64,000 bases of DNA from an uncultured Phycisphaerales bacterium. Its GTDB lineage: Bacteria > Planctomycetota > Phycisphaerae > Tepidisphaerales > Tepidisphaeraceae. The stretch covers positions 736,001 to 800,000 of the forward strand of contig CAWJPJ010000007.1 of NCBI GenBank assembly GCA_963844715.1, in the 5' to 3' direction. Positions 21,034-32,455 of the stretch are shown in pieces. A model generated the notes under the pieces. The model saw only the letters and a list, made by a program, of their open reading frames with translations, had not been told where the DNA came from and made no database searches. How positions within the stretch are numbered: the first letter of the stretch is position 1; the number at the start of each line of letters is the position of its first letter. A program made the translations under genes and the position numbers.

Positions 21034-22079
21034 GCATCTTTAGAGATGTCATATCAATAACAAACCGATACCTCACATCGCTCCGAATCACCCGTTCATA
21101 CGCTTCATTCACTTTCTGGATCGGGATGACTTCGATATCGCTCACGATCTTGTGTTTCCCGCAGAAATTCAGCATTTCCTGCGTCTCGGCGATTCCGCCT
21201 ATCGCCGACCCCGCCAGGCTCTTTCTTCCGCCGATGAGTGAAAACGCCGCGACCGACGCCGGCTTTTCCGGCGCAGCCCACCTGCACCATCGCCCCGTCC
21301 ACTTTCAGCAGCTTGATGAACTGATTCCAATCCACGTCCGCCGAGATGGTGCTGATGATCAGATCAAATCCCCGCCGCAGCTTCGTGAAGGTCTGCGCAT
21401 CGCTGGTGGCGAAGAAATGATCCGCCCCGAGCCGCTTGGCGTCGTCCTGCTTGCGCATTGAATGACTCAGCACCGTCACTTCCGCCCCCAGCGCATGGGC
21501 CAACTTCACGCCTATATGCCCCAGCCCGCCGAGTCCGACGATCGCCACTTTCTTCCCCTTCTCGGCCTTCCAATGCACCAGCGGCGAATACAACGTGATC
21601 CCCGCGCAAAGCAGCGGCGCGCTCGCATCCAGCGGCAAACTCGCCGGGATCCGCAAAACATAATCCTCGTTCACCACGATCTTGTCCGAATATCCCCCAT
21701 ACGTCGGCGTCCCGTCATACTCCCGCGCGTTATAAGTCAGCACCGCCCCCACGTCGCAATACTGCTCCAGCCCCTTCCTGCACTGCTCGCACTTCCGGCA
21801 CGAATCCACAAAACATCCCACCCCCGCATGATCCCCAACCTTGAACTTTGTCACGCCTTTGCCCACGCCCGCAACCACGCCGGCGATTTCATGCCCCGGC
21901 ACCATCGGAAAAATCCCCTCGCCCCATTCATCCCGAGCCTGATGAATATCCGAATGGCAAATCCCGCAGAATTTGATGTCGATCAGAACATCCTTCTCGC
22001 GCGGCTCCCGCCTCTCAAATGCGAAATCAGCAAGAGGAGCGTTGACCTTGGCGGCGGCGTAGCCTTTGGTTTTAAGCAT
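21029..22079 (-). CDS. Zn-dependent NAD(P) alcohol dehydrogenase (cinnamyl-ADH/YahK type); apparent frameshift ~21277
   Basis: [37 protein letters not shown]-terminus RYRFVIDM in the shifted frame. Confidence 0.9.
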
Positions 22080-22214
22080 GATGGTTTTCTCCGATGGCCA
22101 TTTTAGTCCGCCCGTTGCAAAAGTCAGAATTGCTTGGTCAATGCGTCCGCAAGCGTTAACATCCCAAACAAAGGCGGCCGGGTCGTACCATCTCAACACA
22201 ATCGACGGTGACGC

Positions 22215-23851
22215 ATGTCGCAGTTGAAGCTTTCCATCGGTCTAGCGGCGTTTTGCCTCGCGCTCCTCGCCAATGCCGTAATCGTCCGCGCTGACGTCCC
22301 GACCACAGAGCCGACGACCCAGCCTTCCACCCAGCCTTCTGACACCCAACTCCAACCTCTCGTCCAGATGCTCGGCGATCCCGATCCCACCAATTGCGAT
22401 GCCGCCCAAATCATCTTGCTTGCCCAGCCGCTGGCACTCCCTTCTTACCAGGCTGCGTTGAAAGCCGGCGGACTGACCGACGCCTCGAAAAAGCGGCTCT
22501 TGCACATCGTCGACGTGCTTCAGCCCGGGTACGCCCGCGCTGCCGCCGCTGGCAGGCTCTTCAGGACCGAATCGCCTGGGCCACGCAATCCGATCTCCAG
22601 GCCTATCACACGATCGGAAGCCACGACCCCAAATGGGATTCACAGGTGGAAAGCGCCATCGAAAGCTATGTCCTCCAGGCCGACTCCGCTAACGAAAATC
22701 GCAAGCACATTTCTTCTCTTTGCCAAGCCGCAATATCCGAGGGATGCAAGGATCCCTTTGTTGTTTTCATGCAGGCGTCTTGCGACGCCCACCTCGGCCC
22801 GCGCCGCGATTCGAATTTGCACGACGCCTTCCTCAATGCCGCCGACGGATTGCTCAAAAGCCAATATCCCTCGATCTTGCGCACCGGCGGCACCGTCGAT
22901 GTAGTTCAGTATTATCCCATTCTCGACCAGGACCAGAACCCCGATTCCTGGGCCAACACCCGTAGCATGGCCGACGCCGCCCTCGCCTTGCTCCCGCAAG
23001 CCGCCAAGGATCCCACCATGCCGAAGGTCCGCATTTACACATGCGCCACCGGCCTCTTCAATATTTACAAATCCCTCTTCAAGGACGAGAAGCAGGCCTT
23101 CGACACCGTCTTCCCGGTCCTCCAGTCCTGCCTCCCCAATGATCCCTCACCGCTTCTCTTCAAAGGAAGTTTCTATACTAACTACGCCTGGACCGCGCGC
23201 GGTAACGGCGTCGCCTCCACCGTAAGCGATGCCCAATCCAAGTTATTCCAGGATCGCCTGCAAATCGCTGCCGATGCCGAACAGCAGGCGTATCAAATGA
23301 ATCCAGACGACCCGCGCGCTCCCACGCAAATGCTCACAGTCGAACTCGGCCAGGGCAACGGCCGCCAGGTCATGGAAACCTGGTTCCAGCGCGCCGTGTC
23401 CGCCGATCCGGACAATTACGAAGCCTGTTCGAAAAAAGCCTACTACCTCGAGCCCAAATGGTACGGCTCGCCCGAGGACATGCTGCAATTCGGCCGCGAA
23501 TGTTTCGCGACGGAAAACTGGAGTTGCCGCATTCCCCTCGTCTTAGGCGACGCCCGCGCCACCCTGGCCCGCTACCAATCCGATTCCGCCGCTTATTTTC
23601 GCGACCCCGCCGTTTGGGCGGACATCGACAAGTCCTATTTCGATTACCTCCTGGCTCACCCGAACGACTACGTTGCCCGCAGTTACTACACCCTCCTTGC
23701 CTGCAAATCCCGGCAATGGTCCATCGCGCGCGACCAGTTCACCACACTTGGCAACCACGCCGTCTACCGCACCTTCGGCGGCAAACAGGCGTATCTGAAT
23801 TATCTATCCCAGGCTGAGCAACAAGCCGTGCCCACGACCGAAGATCGCTAA
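22215..23851 (+). CDS. Exported DUF4034-like/TPR protein; apparent frameshift ~22540
   Basis: Signal peptide plus PTTQPSTQP linker; YAWTARG.G.A.TV..F.DRL and YLEPKWYGS motifs. Confidence 0.65.
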
Positions 23852-24212
23852 GCCGAAGACACCGCTCGCACCGTCGCGTATTGTTGAGACAAGCGCAAAT
23901 GGACCAACCAAAACTTCACATTGCCGCTGTCGATGCGCGAATCCCCGATGCGGCCGAGTCGTGCGATTCAGCAACTTATTTAACCTTCGCTTTTACAGCA
24001 TATTAACGCGAATTGTTGTTTTCTTTTTTGCCCGATCTGATGCCTGGGCGACGGCGACCATATTTCCAGCTTCGCATGCCCTAAAATTCCCAGATGCAAG
24101 GAAGTTACAATGCGGTGCCGTTTTTTCGAGGGAAGTTTTCGAAAAGTGCCTATCTCAAGCTAAACTCTTTCGAAAAATGGGCGTCGAGATGGGGCACTGT
24201 TGAGGTACATCA

Positions 24213-25231
24213 ATGAAAGCATTCATTAGCTGGTCGGGCCAACAAAGCAAAGCAATCGCCATCGCCTTAAAGAACTGGATACCTGACGCAATGCAACAAG
24301 TGGACGTTTGGATGTCCGAGCACGACATAGATGCCGGGTCAAGGTGGGGCAATGAGCTATCGTCCATGTTGGAGGAAGCTAATTTCGGAATCATCTGTCT
24401 TACCGCAGAAAACCAGAATGCGCCATGGCTTCTGTTCGAGGCTGGCTGTCTTGCAAAGGCGTCAAAAGTTGCGCGCGTCGTTCCATATCTCTACGGATTG
24501 TCGCCAACCGATGTGCGATATCCATTGGCGCAGTTTCAGGGCGTGACCGCAACAAAGCCCGGTACTTTGAAGCTCTTGCAGAGCCTAAACGAGGCAGGAA
24601 AGTTCGGAATGACAACGGAACGGCTATCCAAATCCTTGGAACAATGGTGGAAAAATTTGGCGATGGAATTCTCGAAAATTTCTGTCGACCCGCAGGTCCA
24701 TACGGCGATCCGGTCAGAGAGGGACATATTGGAAGAGCTTCTTGGACTTGTCCGCAACAGTCTCAGAAGTCGAGCGCCAAAAACTATGCGCCCGGCAGAA
24801 ACCCTAACGGTTACGGTCGATACCAGTAAGTACTTTAAAGAGGGACCGGTGGTTTCAGTCGCATATGATGCGGGCACTACGGTGTCGCAGTTTCTCGACA
24901 GTGTCTTTTTTGCGATGCATGATGTCGGAGATGTCAAGGCTTTCCAATATGGAATCGAGTGGCTTTTGCAGGACCAAAGGACAGGGCGCACCTACGATGA
25001 CATTGGAATCGAATATTGTCGTACCTTGGGTGCTGCGCGGACGAAAGAGAGATTGCTTCAGTGGGCATCAACCCTGGGGACAGATTTGAAGTTGTTCGCA
25101 CTCCGGCGGCGCAAACCGGTAAGGGTCGGAAACCACTGCCTCTCAAAAGACGCTGGGATGGTCCGCAAGAATTTCGGCACGCAGATTCACAAACATCGGC
25201 CGTGCAAGCGGATACGGGCAACCTAGAGTGA
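24213..25231 (+). CDS. TIR-domain protein with probable ubiquitin-like C-terminal domain; apparent frameshift ~25040
   Basis: KAFISWSG..VWMSEHDIDAGSRW..L..ANFGIICLT.EN..APWLLFEAG (conserved TIR Glu); visibly lower GC than flanking genes. Confidence 0.85.
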
Positions 25232-25256
25232 GAAATATGGCAGGATCTCATGGGGC

Positions 25257-26725
25257 TTATCGCCTCTTCTTCTTATTCCGATCCTTCTTCTCCATAAACC
25301 CAGACTTCTTCGTCCTCAATTGCGGCCCCCCTGGCATCCCCAGGGAACTCAATCCCCCCGACATCAAATTCTTCATCAGCTTCATCTTCCCCATCATCCC
25401 CATCCCGCCCACGGCTCGCATCATGTCCCGCGCCCCCTCGAACTGCTTGATCATCTGCCCGACTTCATTCAGCGGCACTCCCGCTCCCGCCGCGACGCAC
25501 CGTCTTCGCCCTGAATCCAATAGGTCCGGCTTCTTCCTTTCCTGATGCGTCATCGAATCATAAATCGCCCGCATGTGGACCATCTGCTTTTCAACATCCC
25601 CATCGTTCATGTTGACTTGTTTCGTCAACTCGCCCATCCCCGGAATCATCCCCATCACTTTCCCAATCGGCCCCAGTTTTTTGATCTGCGTCATCTGAGC
25701 CATGAAATCGTCGAGGGTGAACTGCCCCTTCTCCATCTTGGCCGCCAGACGCGCGGCCTCGTCGGCGTCCACCTTCTGCTGCGCCTCGGTCACCAGCCCG
25801 ATGATGTCCCCCATGCCCAGGATGCGCGACGCCATCCCCTCGGGGCGAAATTCTTCCAGCGCATCCAGCTTTTCCCCCACGCCCAGGAATTTGACCGGTT
25901 TCCCCGTGACCATCTTTGCCGATAGCAGCGCGCCGCCGCGTGTATCGCTGTCCAGCTTCGTGAGGATCAATCCGTCGAGTTCGAGTTGCTCGTTAAATGC
26001 CTTGGCGCTATTGACGGCGTCCTGCCCGCTCATGCTGTCCAGCACCAGATAAATCTGCTGCGGCTGCAACTGCGAATTGATATCCCGCAGTTCCCCCATC
26101 AGCGCATCGTCGATGTGCAATCGCCCGGCGGTGTCCAGAATCACCACATCGCGCCGGAGGTTTTCGCCTGCGCGATCGCCGCCCGGCAAACCGCCACCGC
26201 CGCCCCGCGCGAAACCTCCCCATGCGGCGCCACTTTCGAATCGTCCGCATAAATCGGCACATCCACCTGCTGCGCGATCACCCGCAACTGCTCGACCGCC
26301 GCCGGCCGCTGCAAATCCGCCGCCGCGAGCATCGGCTGATGCCCCTTGCTTAACAGATACTTCGCAAGCTTTCCGCACGTCGTCGTTTTCCCCGATCCCT
26401 GCAGGCCGCACATCATGATCAATGTCGGCCCCGGCTGAACCAAATAAATCCGCGTATCAACCGGCCCAAGCAGATTCAAAAGCTCGTCGTAGCAAATCTT
26501 GACCATCATCTCGCCGGGCCGAACGCTCTTGATCACTTCCTGCCCGACGGCTTTTTGAATCACGTGGTCGATGAAATCGTTGACGACCTTGAAATTGACG
26601 TCCGCCTCCAGAAGCGCCGTGCGCACGTCGCGCATCGACTCGCGGATATTCTCCTCGCTGATCCGCCCGCGCCCCGACAGGCTTCGGAAGACGCTCGAAA
26701 ATCTATCCGTTAATGCATCAAACAT
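25257..26725 (-). CDS. ffh: Signal recognition particle protein; apparent frameshift ~26152
   Basis: [47 protein letters not shown]-domain. Confidence 0.95.
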
Positions 26726-26732
26726 GGTGAAA

Positions 26733-26803
26733 TAGTTGCCAGTTGTTAGTTACCAGTTGCCAGTCAACGCCGTCGTCTTTTCTTCACCGGCAACGGGCAA
26801 CTA
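26733..26803. repeat. Heptamer array with inverted ends (GCAACTG-type)
   Basis: TAGTTGC CAGTTGT TAGTTAC CAGTTGC ... GCAACGG GCAACTA immediately upstream of the ffh start. Confidence 0.65.
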
Positions 26804-26817
26804 AGCCGGAGTTTAGC

Positions 26818-28520
26818 TCACCCGATGAGCTTCTTCAAAAACCCGCTCTTTTTCTTTGGCTTATCGCCGACAATCCACTGGTTCAGCGTGTGCTGCCAGT
26901 GCCGATACTCGGCAAATTGCTTTTTGGTGATGCCGATCCCCAATCGCCGCGCCAAATCCTCCGCCAGCGGGGTTTTCCCGCCCAGAATCGGCGCAGCGCG
27001 CCCTCCTCCCGCCGCGCCAGCAGGCTCAAGTATCTCAGGGCATGATTTCGCAGCGGGAGTTTCCCCTTGTAGCGCCATTCCTGGTCGATTTGCACCAGAG
27101 TTTTCCCGTCGTCGATCAGGTTCCGGGGATGACAATCAAAAAACTCCGGCTTGATCAGCGAGTCGTAAACATCCTGCGGATTCTTCTCAAGCAGCCCATT
27201 TTCCACGACAAATTCCAGCCACCGTCCCAATCCCGCCATCGCCGCGCCCAAACCCCGACTGTGAAGATGAGCGCATATTTGCGCCTCCAGCAGCGTTCCC
27301 GCCTGATACGCCTCTTCGTCCGGAACCAGCTCGATCTCCACCCCGCGCGGCGGCGGGGCGTTCGTCAGGCGCGACTTGCGCACCACAATCCGCCCCGAAG
27401 CGTCCCGCGCGATCTCAGTTTGCGTATTAAAGCAATCCCGCCTCTCCATCGTGTATCCGACGGCAAGCAGGTTATTATCCGCCATTTTCGACGCATCCCC
27501 GGCCAACACCAGAAACGAATTCGCCAAATCCGGAATCAATCCATTTCGATGCAGCACCGGCCAGATTCGCCGCTCGTCGGCCGCGAATTTCGTCGCAGCG
27601 CCGTCGTGCGTCGGCTCGATCCCGCGCAAAATCGCCGCCGGATCAAAATCCGCCGCCTCAAACGCCCCCTGCGTCAAAATCCACTTCGGCAATTTGTAAT
27701 CCGGGAACGGATATTGGAAATTCAGTTCTCCAAATCCGGCTTCGATCAGCAGCCGCGTCAATTCCCCTTTTCCCAAAGTTCTCGGCCCCTGCTCTTTGTA
27801 TAAATCCTGAATCCCATCGAACGCATGCCCCGTATGATCTTCCGGGCCGCCGCAAAAATATTTCAGCCCAAGCTGGTTTTCGATCGCCAGCACCAGAACC
27901 CCATCCGACCTCAAAACCGATCGCACCAGCCGCAGGCATTCCAGCATCGGATTTTCCGATTTGAAATAAACCGGCGCATATTCGAGCACGCCGATCAGGG
28001 TCACCAGGTCGAATTGCTCGTCCGACTCAAATTCCTGGAAATTCCCGCACGCGACGCGGACATTTGTTAAATCCCGAACCCGCGCCGCCGCGCACGCCGC
28101 CCGCGCCGGGCTGCCCTCGATCGCGATCACGTCGCCGCCGCTCTCGCCCAATTGCCGCGTGATCGCTCCGCACCCTGCGCCCAGTTCGAGAATCTTCTGC
28201 CCCGACGCGATGCGCAAATGCCGCAGCAGATTGTGCCGCCGCGGCGAAAAGTGATACATCGTCGGCCAGTTGACTATCCCCCTTCGCAATTCGCCCGAAA
28301 AACAACTCAAATCCTGGCTGCCGCGCAGAATCTGAAGCATCTGCCGCTCCAATTCCGCGCCATCGCTGTAATCGAAGTGATCCTGCGACTTATGCATCCA
28401 CACACCCGAACCAGGATCAAAGGAATATCCGCGCATGCCGGCGAGGTCCCGATTCGGAATCTTACCCGATTGATCGTTCAGGACCACCAAAGCCGCGGTA
28501 AAGAGGTGAGAGTGAACCAC
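26818..28520 (-). CDS. Class I SAM-dependent methyltransferase (surface-glycan associated type); apparent frameshift ~27000
   Basis: ILELGAGCGAITR, FDLVTLIGVLEY, AIENQLGLKYF.G..EDH, YPFPDYKLP; downstream of a GT2 gene. Confidence 0.8.
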
Positions 28521-29512
28521 GCCAGCGACCGCAAATTCGCCGACGTCCGGCGCAATTCCGCCCGTTTTCCCCGTTCCCAGTGGCTCAACCAGCGCAGGCT
28601 CAAAATGCCCATCCGCACGGGCATATCAACCGTCGTCGCCAGTTTATAAAACCACGCCGATCCCCGGCCATGATGTTTCCGTAAATATCTCGCCCACCCG
28701 CAGAAATATCCGCGATTCACCAGGCACCTGTTCGCGCGCGAACTAACCCGCCCGAAATGCTGGATTTCCGCGTCGGGGAGATAATAAATCGTCCCCAGCT
28801 TTGCGAGACGAACGCACAAATCCACGTCCTCGACCCCGAATTCATACCCCTCGTCAAATCCGCCGCACTCCTCGAATACGCTTCGGCGGATCGCCACGCA
28901 CGCCGCATCAACTTGCGGCACAGGCCCCTCGCAACCCGGATCGGGCTCCGTCTTTCGATATTGCTTATACGCTCGCCGCGACACGCGCATCCATTTGGTC
29001 ACATGCAGCGAATGCAACACCGCCGCGAGATTGGGAAGATTCCGCCCCGAACTCTGCGGCCGCCCCTCCCCATCCAACATCTTCGGGCCCACCGCCACGA
29101 CCTGGGGATGAGTCGTCAAAAACTCGAGCAGCTTCTGCATCGCCCCCGGCAGCATCACCGTGTCGTTGTTGAGCAGGAGCAGGATCGGCGCCTCCGCCTC
29201 CCTCGCGGCCTGGTTGTTGGCGCGCCCGAATCCACGATTTTCAGAGTTTTGAATCAATCGGACCCGCGGAAACTCGCTCTCCACCATCGCCGCCGATCCG
29301 TCCCCCGATGCGTTATCAATGATGATTGTTTGTATTCGAAGGTCCCCCCGGTTTTTGTCGATCGACAGAAGGAGGTCTCGCAGCATCTCCCCGCCGTTCC
29401 AATTGACGATCAGCACCGCAAGATCGAAAACCTCCGCGATCGGCGAAACAACACTGCTCCCATCGCCAGTTTGGTTTGCCCCTTTTAGCTCAACTGGTTC
29501 GGTAATGCTCAA
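28478..29512 (-). CDS. Family 2 glycosyltransferase (start approximate)
   Basis: VLIVNWN, IIDNASGDGS, NRGFGRANN, LLLNND, GGFDEGY..EDVDLC. ORF-track extension to 30373 overlaps nrdR and is spurious. Confidence 0.88.
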   Translation of the reverse strand: MSITEPVELKGANQTGDGSSVVSPIAEVFDLAVLIVNWNGGEMLRDLLLSIDKNRGDLRIQTIIIDNASGDGSAAMVESEFPRVRLIQNSENRGFGRANNQAAREAEAPILLLLNNDTVMLPGAMQKLLEFLTTHPQVVAVGPKMLDGEGRPQSSGRNLPNLAAVLHSLHVTKWMRVSRRAYKQYRKTEPDPGCEGPVPQVDAACVAIRRSVFEECGGFDEGYEFGVEDVDLCVRLAKLGTIYYLPDAEIQHFGRVSSRANRCLVNRGYFCGWARYLRKHHGRGSAWFYKLATTVDMPVRMGILSLRWLSHWERGKRAELRRTSANLRSLAWFTLTSLPRLWWS

Positions 29513-29707
29513 GGTCTGTCTACTAAACGCCGGCACATCGCGTTTTATTCTGCGGTAAGTCGATACGTTGCTGCCCACGACAATCTTAACGCGCCGAGCC
29601 CCAATCCCAAAACACCCAAAATTCGCGAATTTCGAAGCATTTCCCCAGGCTGGCGGCAGGTCCGATTTTTTCCGTTTTTTGCCGACTTTTGGTATTCTAA
29701 TCAGCCA

Positions 29708-30340
29708 ATGCGCTGTCCGTTTTGCGATGCCGAAAAGGAAAGCCTGAAGGTCATTGACTCCCGCACCTGCGACGGGGGCAAGGCCATCCGTCGCCGCCGG
29801 GAGTGCATTCGCTGCCAGAAGCGGTTCACGACTTACGAAAAGATCGAACCCAATGTCCGGCTGAGCGTCATAAAGAAGGACGGCCGCCGCACCCCATGGG
29901 ATCAAAAGAAGATTTACCTGGGCCTGGAGCGGGCCTGTTTCAAACGACCCGTGCCACAAAGCGAGCTTCAGCGCATTGTCGACGAAGTCGAGGACGAGGT
30001 TTTTAAAACCTACGACCGCGAAGTACCATCGACGGAAGTCGGCCGCCTGGTCACCGAGCGTCTTCGCCGGGTGGATCAGGTCGCATACGTGCGATTTGCC
30101 AGCGTCTACAAGCAGTTCAAGACGCTGGAGGAATTGGTGGAAGAGGCCCGGGCGGTTATCGACGCGCGGCGATACGAAGACCCGACCCAGGGCCGCCTGT
30201 TTATCGACCCGAAGGCGCCGCCCGCCGAGCCCGAAGCCGAGCCCGCCGATGCGGCATCCGGGGGCGCCGCCGCGGGTGAAAAACCCCGCCGCGCTTCCCG
30301 CCGTGCGGCTCCGGCGGACGCCGTTCCCACCCAGGTTTGA
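29708..30340 (+). CDS. nrdR: Ribonucleotide reductase repressor NrdR with Ala/Pro-rich C-terminal tail
   Basis: MRCPFC..VIDSR..IRRRRECIRC.KRFTTYE, ATP-cone, DQVAYVRFASVY. Confidence 0.95.
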   Translation: MRCPFCDAEKESLKVIDSRTCDGGKAIRRRRECIRCQKRFTTYEKIEPNVRLSVIKKDGRRTPWDQKKIYLGLERACFKRPVPQSELQRIVDEVEDEVFKTYDREVPSTEVGRLVTERLRRVDQVAYVRFASVYKQFKTLEELVEEARAVIDARRYEDPTQGRLFIDPKAPPAEPEAEPADAASGGAAAGEKPRRASRRAAPADAVPTQV

Positions 30341-30403
30341 GCTTTGGATTCGATTATCAAGCCCCAGAAGCAAATGGTCCGATAATTCCCGGAGGCGAGC
30401 CTC

Positions 30404-32315
30404 ATGCAGTACCCAATCCGATATCGCGCCGCCGCCGGGACTTTCCTGTGCATCCTGGCGACCGTTATTGCTCCGGGATGCAAATCCCCCGCGCCCCCTC
30501 CGCCTCCCTCCCAGCAGCCCAAATGGCCGACCCTACCGATGGCCCAGGTTCCCAGCTTCATGCATGGAACCATCCTTGAACGTGTCCGCTTCGGCGGCAT
30601 CGAGCCCCTTTCCGTCTTCGGATACAGCCTCGTCGTCAACCTTCACGGCACCGGCGACAGCACCGCGCCCTCCTGGGTTCGCGAATACATAGAGAAAGAA
30701 ATCCTCATTCACGGGTTCGGTAGCGCCCAAATGCACAAATACGCCACCATGACTCCGGGCGAGATCCTCGACGATAAACGCGTTGCCATCGTGATCGTCG
30801 AGGGTAGGATTCCCGTCGGCATCCATGAAGGCGACCCATTCGACGTCATCGTCCGCGCCCTTCCCCGCAGCTACACCACCAGCCTTGCCCACGGCGATCT
30901 TTACGAAACACCGCTCAGCGAGCATGGCCTCCAGGATCCCACCGGCACTGGCGCCCATCCCGAAGCCGTCGTCGCGGGCGGGCAAGTTTTCGTCAATCCG
31001 GCCTACGCACTTTCTGAGGGCAATCCCGGCGTTCCCGGGGCTCGGGCCAGCCTTCGCGTCGGCACCGTCCTGGACGGCGCGATCGCGAAATACACGCGCC
31101 CCATCTATCTCCAATTGCGTCAGCCCCAGGCCAGCGCGTCTCGCCGAATCGAGGAACTCATTCAGCGCCGCTGCGCATGGCACTTCTCCCATCGATCCCA
31201 GCGCCGACCGCAGCAAAGTCGTCGCTGCCGCACAGGATGAGGGACTCATCGAAATTTTCGTTCCCGACGAATACAACGGCGACTGGCAGCATTTCGTCGG
31301 CGTCGTCTCCCACATGTATCTCGATGACGCCCCGGAATTCGTCGTCGCCAAAGCCAGGGAACTGGTTGAAGAAGCCCATAAGCCCGGCGCGAAATTGACG
31401 GATATATCCCTCTGCTGGGAAGCCATGGGCCCCGACGCCCTCGCCATTTACCAGCCGCTGATTTCCGATCCCGATCCGAACATCGCGTTTGCCGCCGCGC
31501 GCGCGGCCGTCTTCATGGGCGATGAGCCGTCCCGCCTGGCCCTGCTGGAAATGGCCGCTGATTCCACTAATCCCGAGCAGATGGAAGCCGTCCGGACTCT
31601 CGGCGACCTCCCCAGCACCCCCGAAACCCGCCACATGCTCCGAACCCTGCTCGACAGCGACCGCGCCGAAGCGCGCATCGAGGCCTATCGAATCCTGGCC
31701 GATTCCGGCGAAGGAATTATCACCCATACTATCGGGGACAATTTCTTCCTCGATATCGTCGAAAGCGACGGACCCCCGATGGTCTACGCCACCACCACCG
31801 GCGTCCCGCGCCTCGCCATCTTCGGCCATGATCTGACCCTGGAAACTCCCCTCACCTTTATGGCGATGGACGACCGCCTGAGCATCTCCTCCAGCGACGA
31901 CTCCCGGCTCCTGACCCTCTTCTACCGCGATCCGCAGCGCCTCCAGCCGATCGACGTTTTAAGCCACAACGACCTGGTGGAAATTCTCGCCCGCCTCGGT
32001 GGGGAGGGGCCCGAACCATCCGATACATTCAACTTCAATTTCAACGACGTCGTCGCCATCGCCCAGCAGCTCGTCTCCTCGGGGCAAGTCTATGGCACCA
32101 AGCTTTCCGGCGAAAAAGTCGCCTGCGTATTTCAGTTGGAACACAAGGAATTGGAATCCGATCGCTGGCTAAGCGTGCCCAAGGACAACACCGCCGGCCG
32201 TCCGCAGGGCGTCAACCTCGCCGCACCCCAGCCGGCTCCCATCCCCAGCAGCCCCAATTCGCCGCCGCCGGCCGCCCCCCCCGAGACCGAAGGCTTCCAC
32301 CCAGGGGGGTCATAA
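30404..32315 (+). CDS. FlgI (P-ring)-like lipoprotein fused to HEAT-like repeats; apparent frameshift ~31175
   Basis: APGC lipobox; GYSLVVNLHGTGDS and GDPFDV..TTSL.HG.L FlgI-like motifs; helical repeats downstream; no flagellar genes nearby. Confidence 0.7.
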
Positions 32316-32455
32316 ATGCACGGCCGGCAACGGACAACCCGCGACGGGCAACAATTCAACCATTGGACTCCGGCCGTCCGATCCTTAGAATCTCCCTCCC
32401 AATGCGGGCATGACGCCTGCTTCGGGTTGACTGCGGTCAAGGAGGACCGACGCCA

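Noticed and set aside
28478..30373. 631-aa glycosyltransferase ORF overlapping nrdR
   Set aside because: The GT2 domain begins near 29420; the upstream part is antisense to nrdR.
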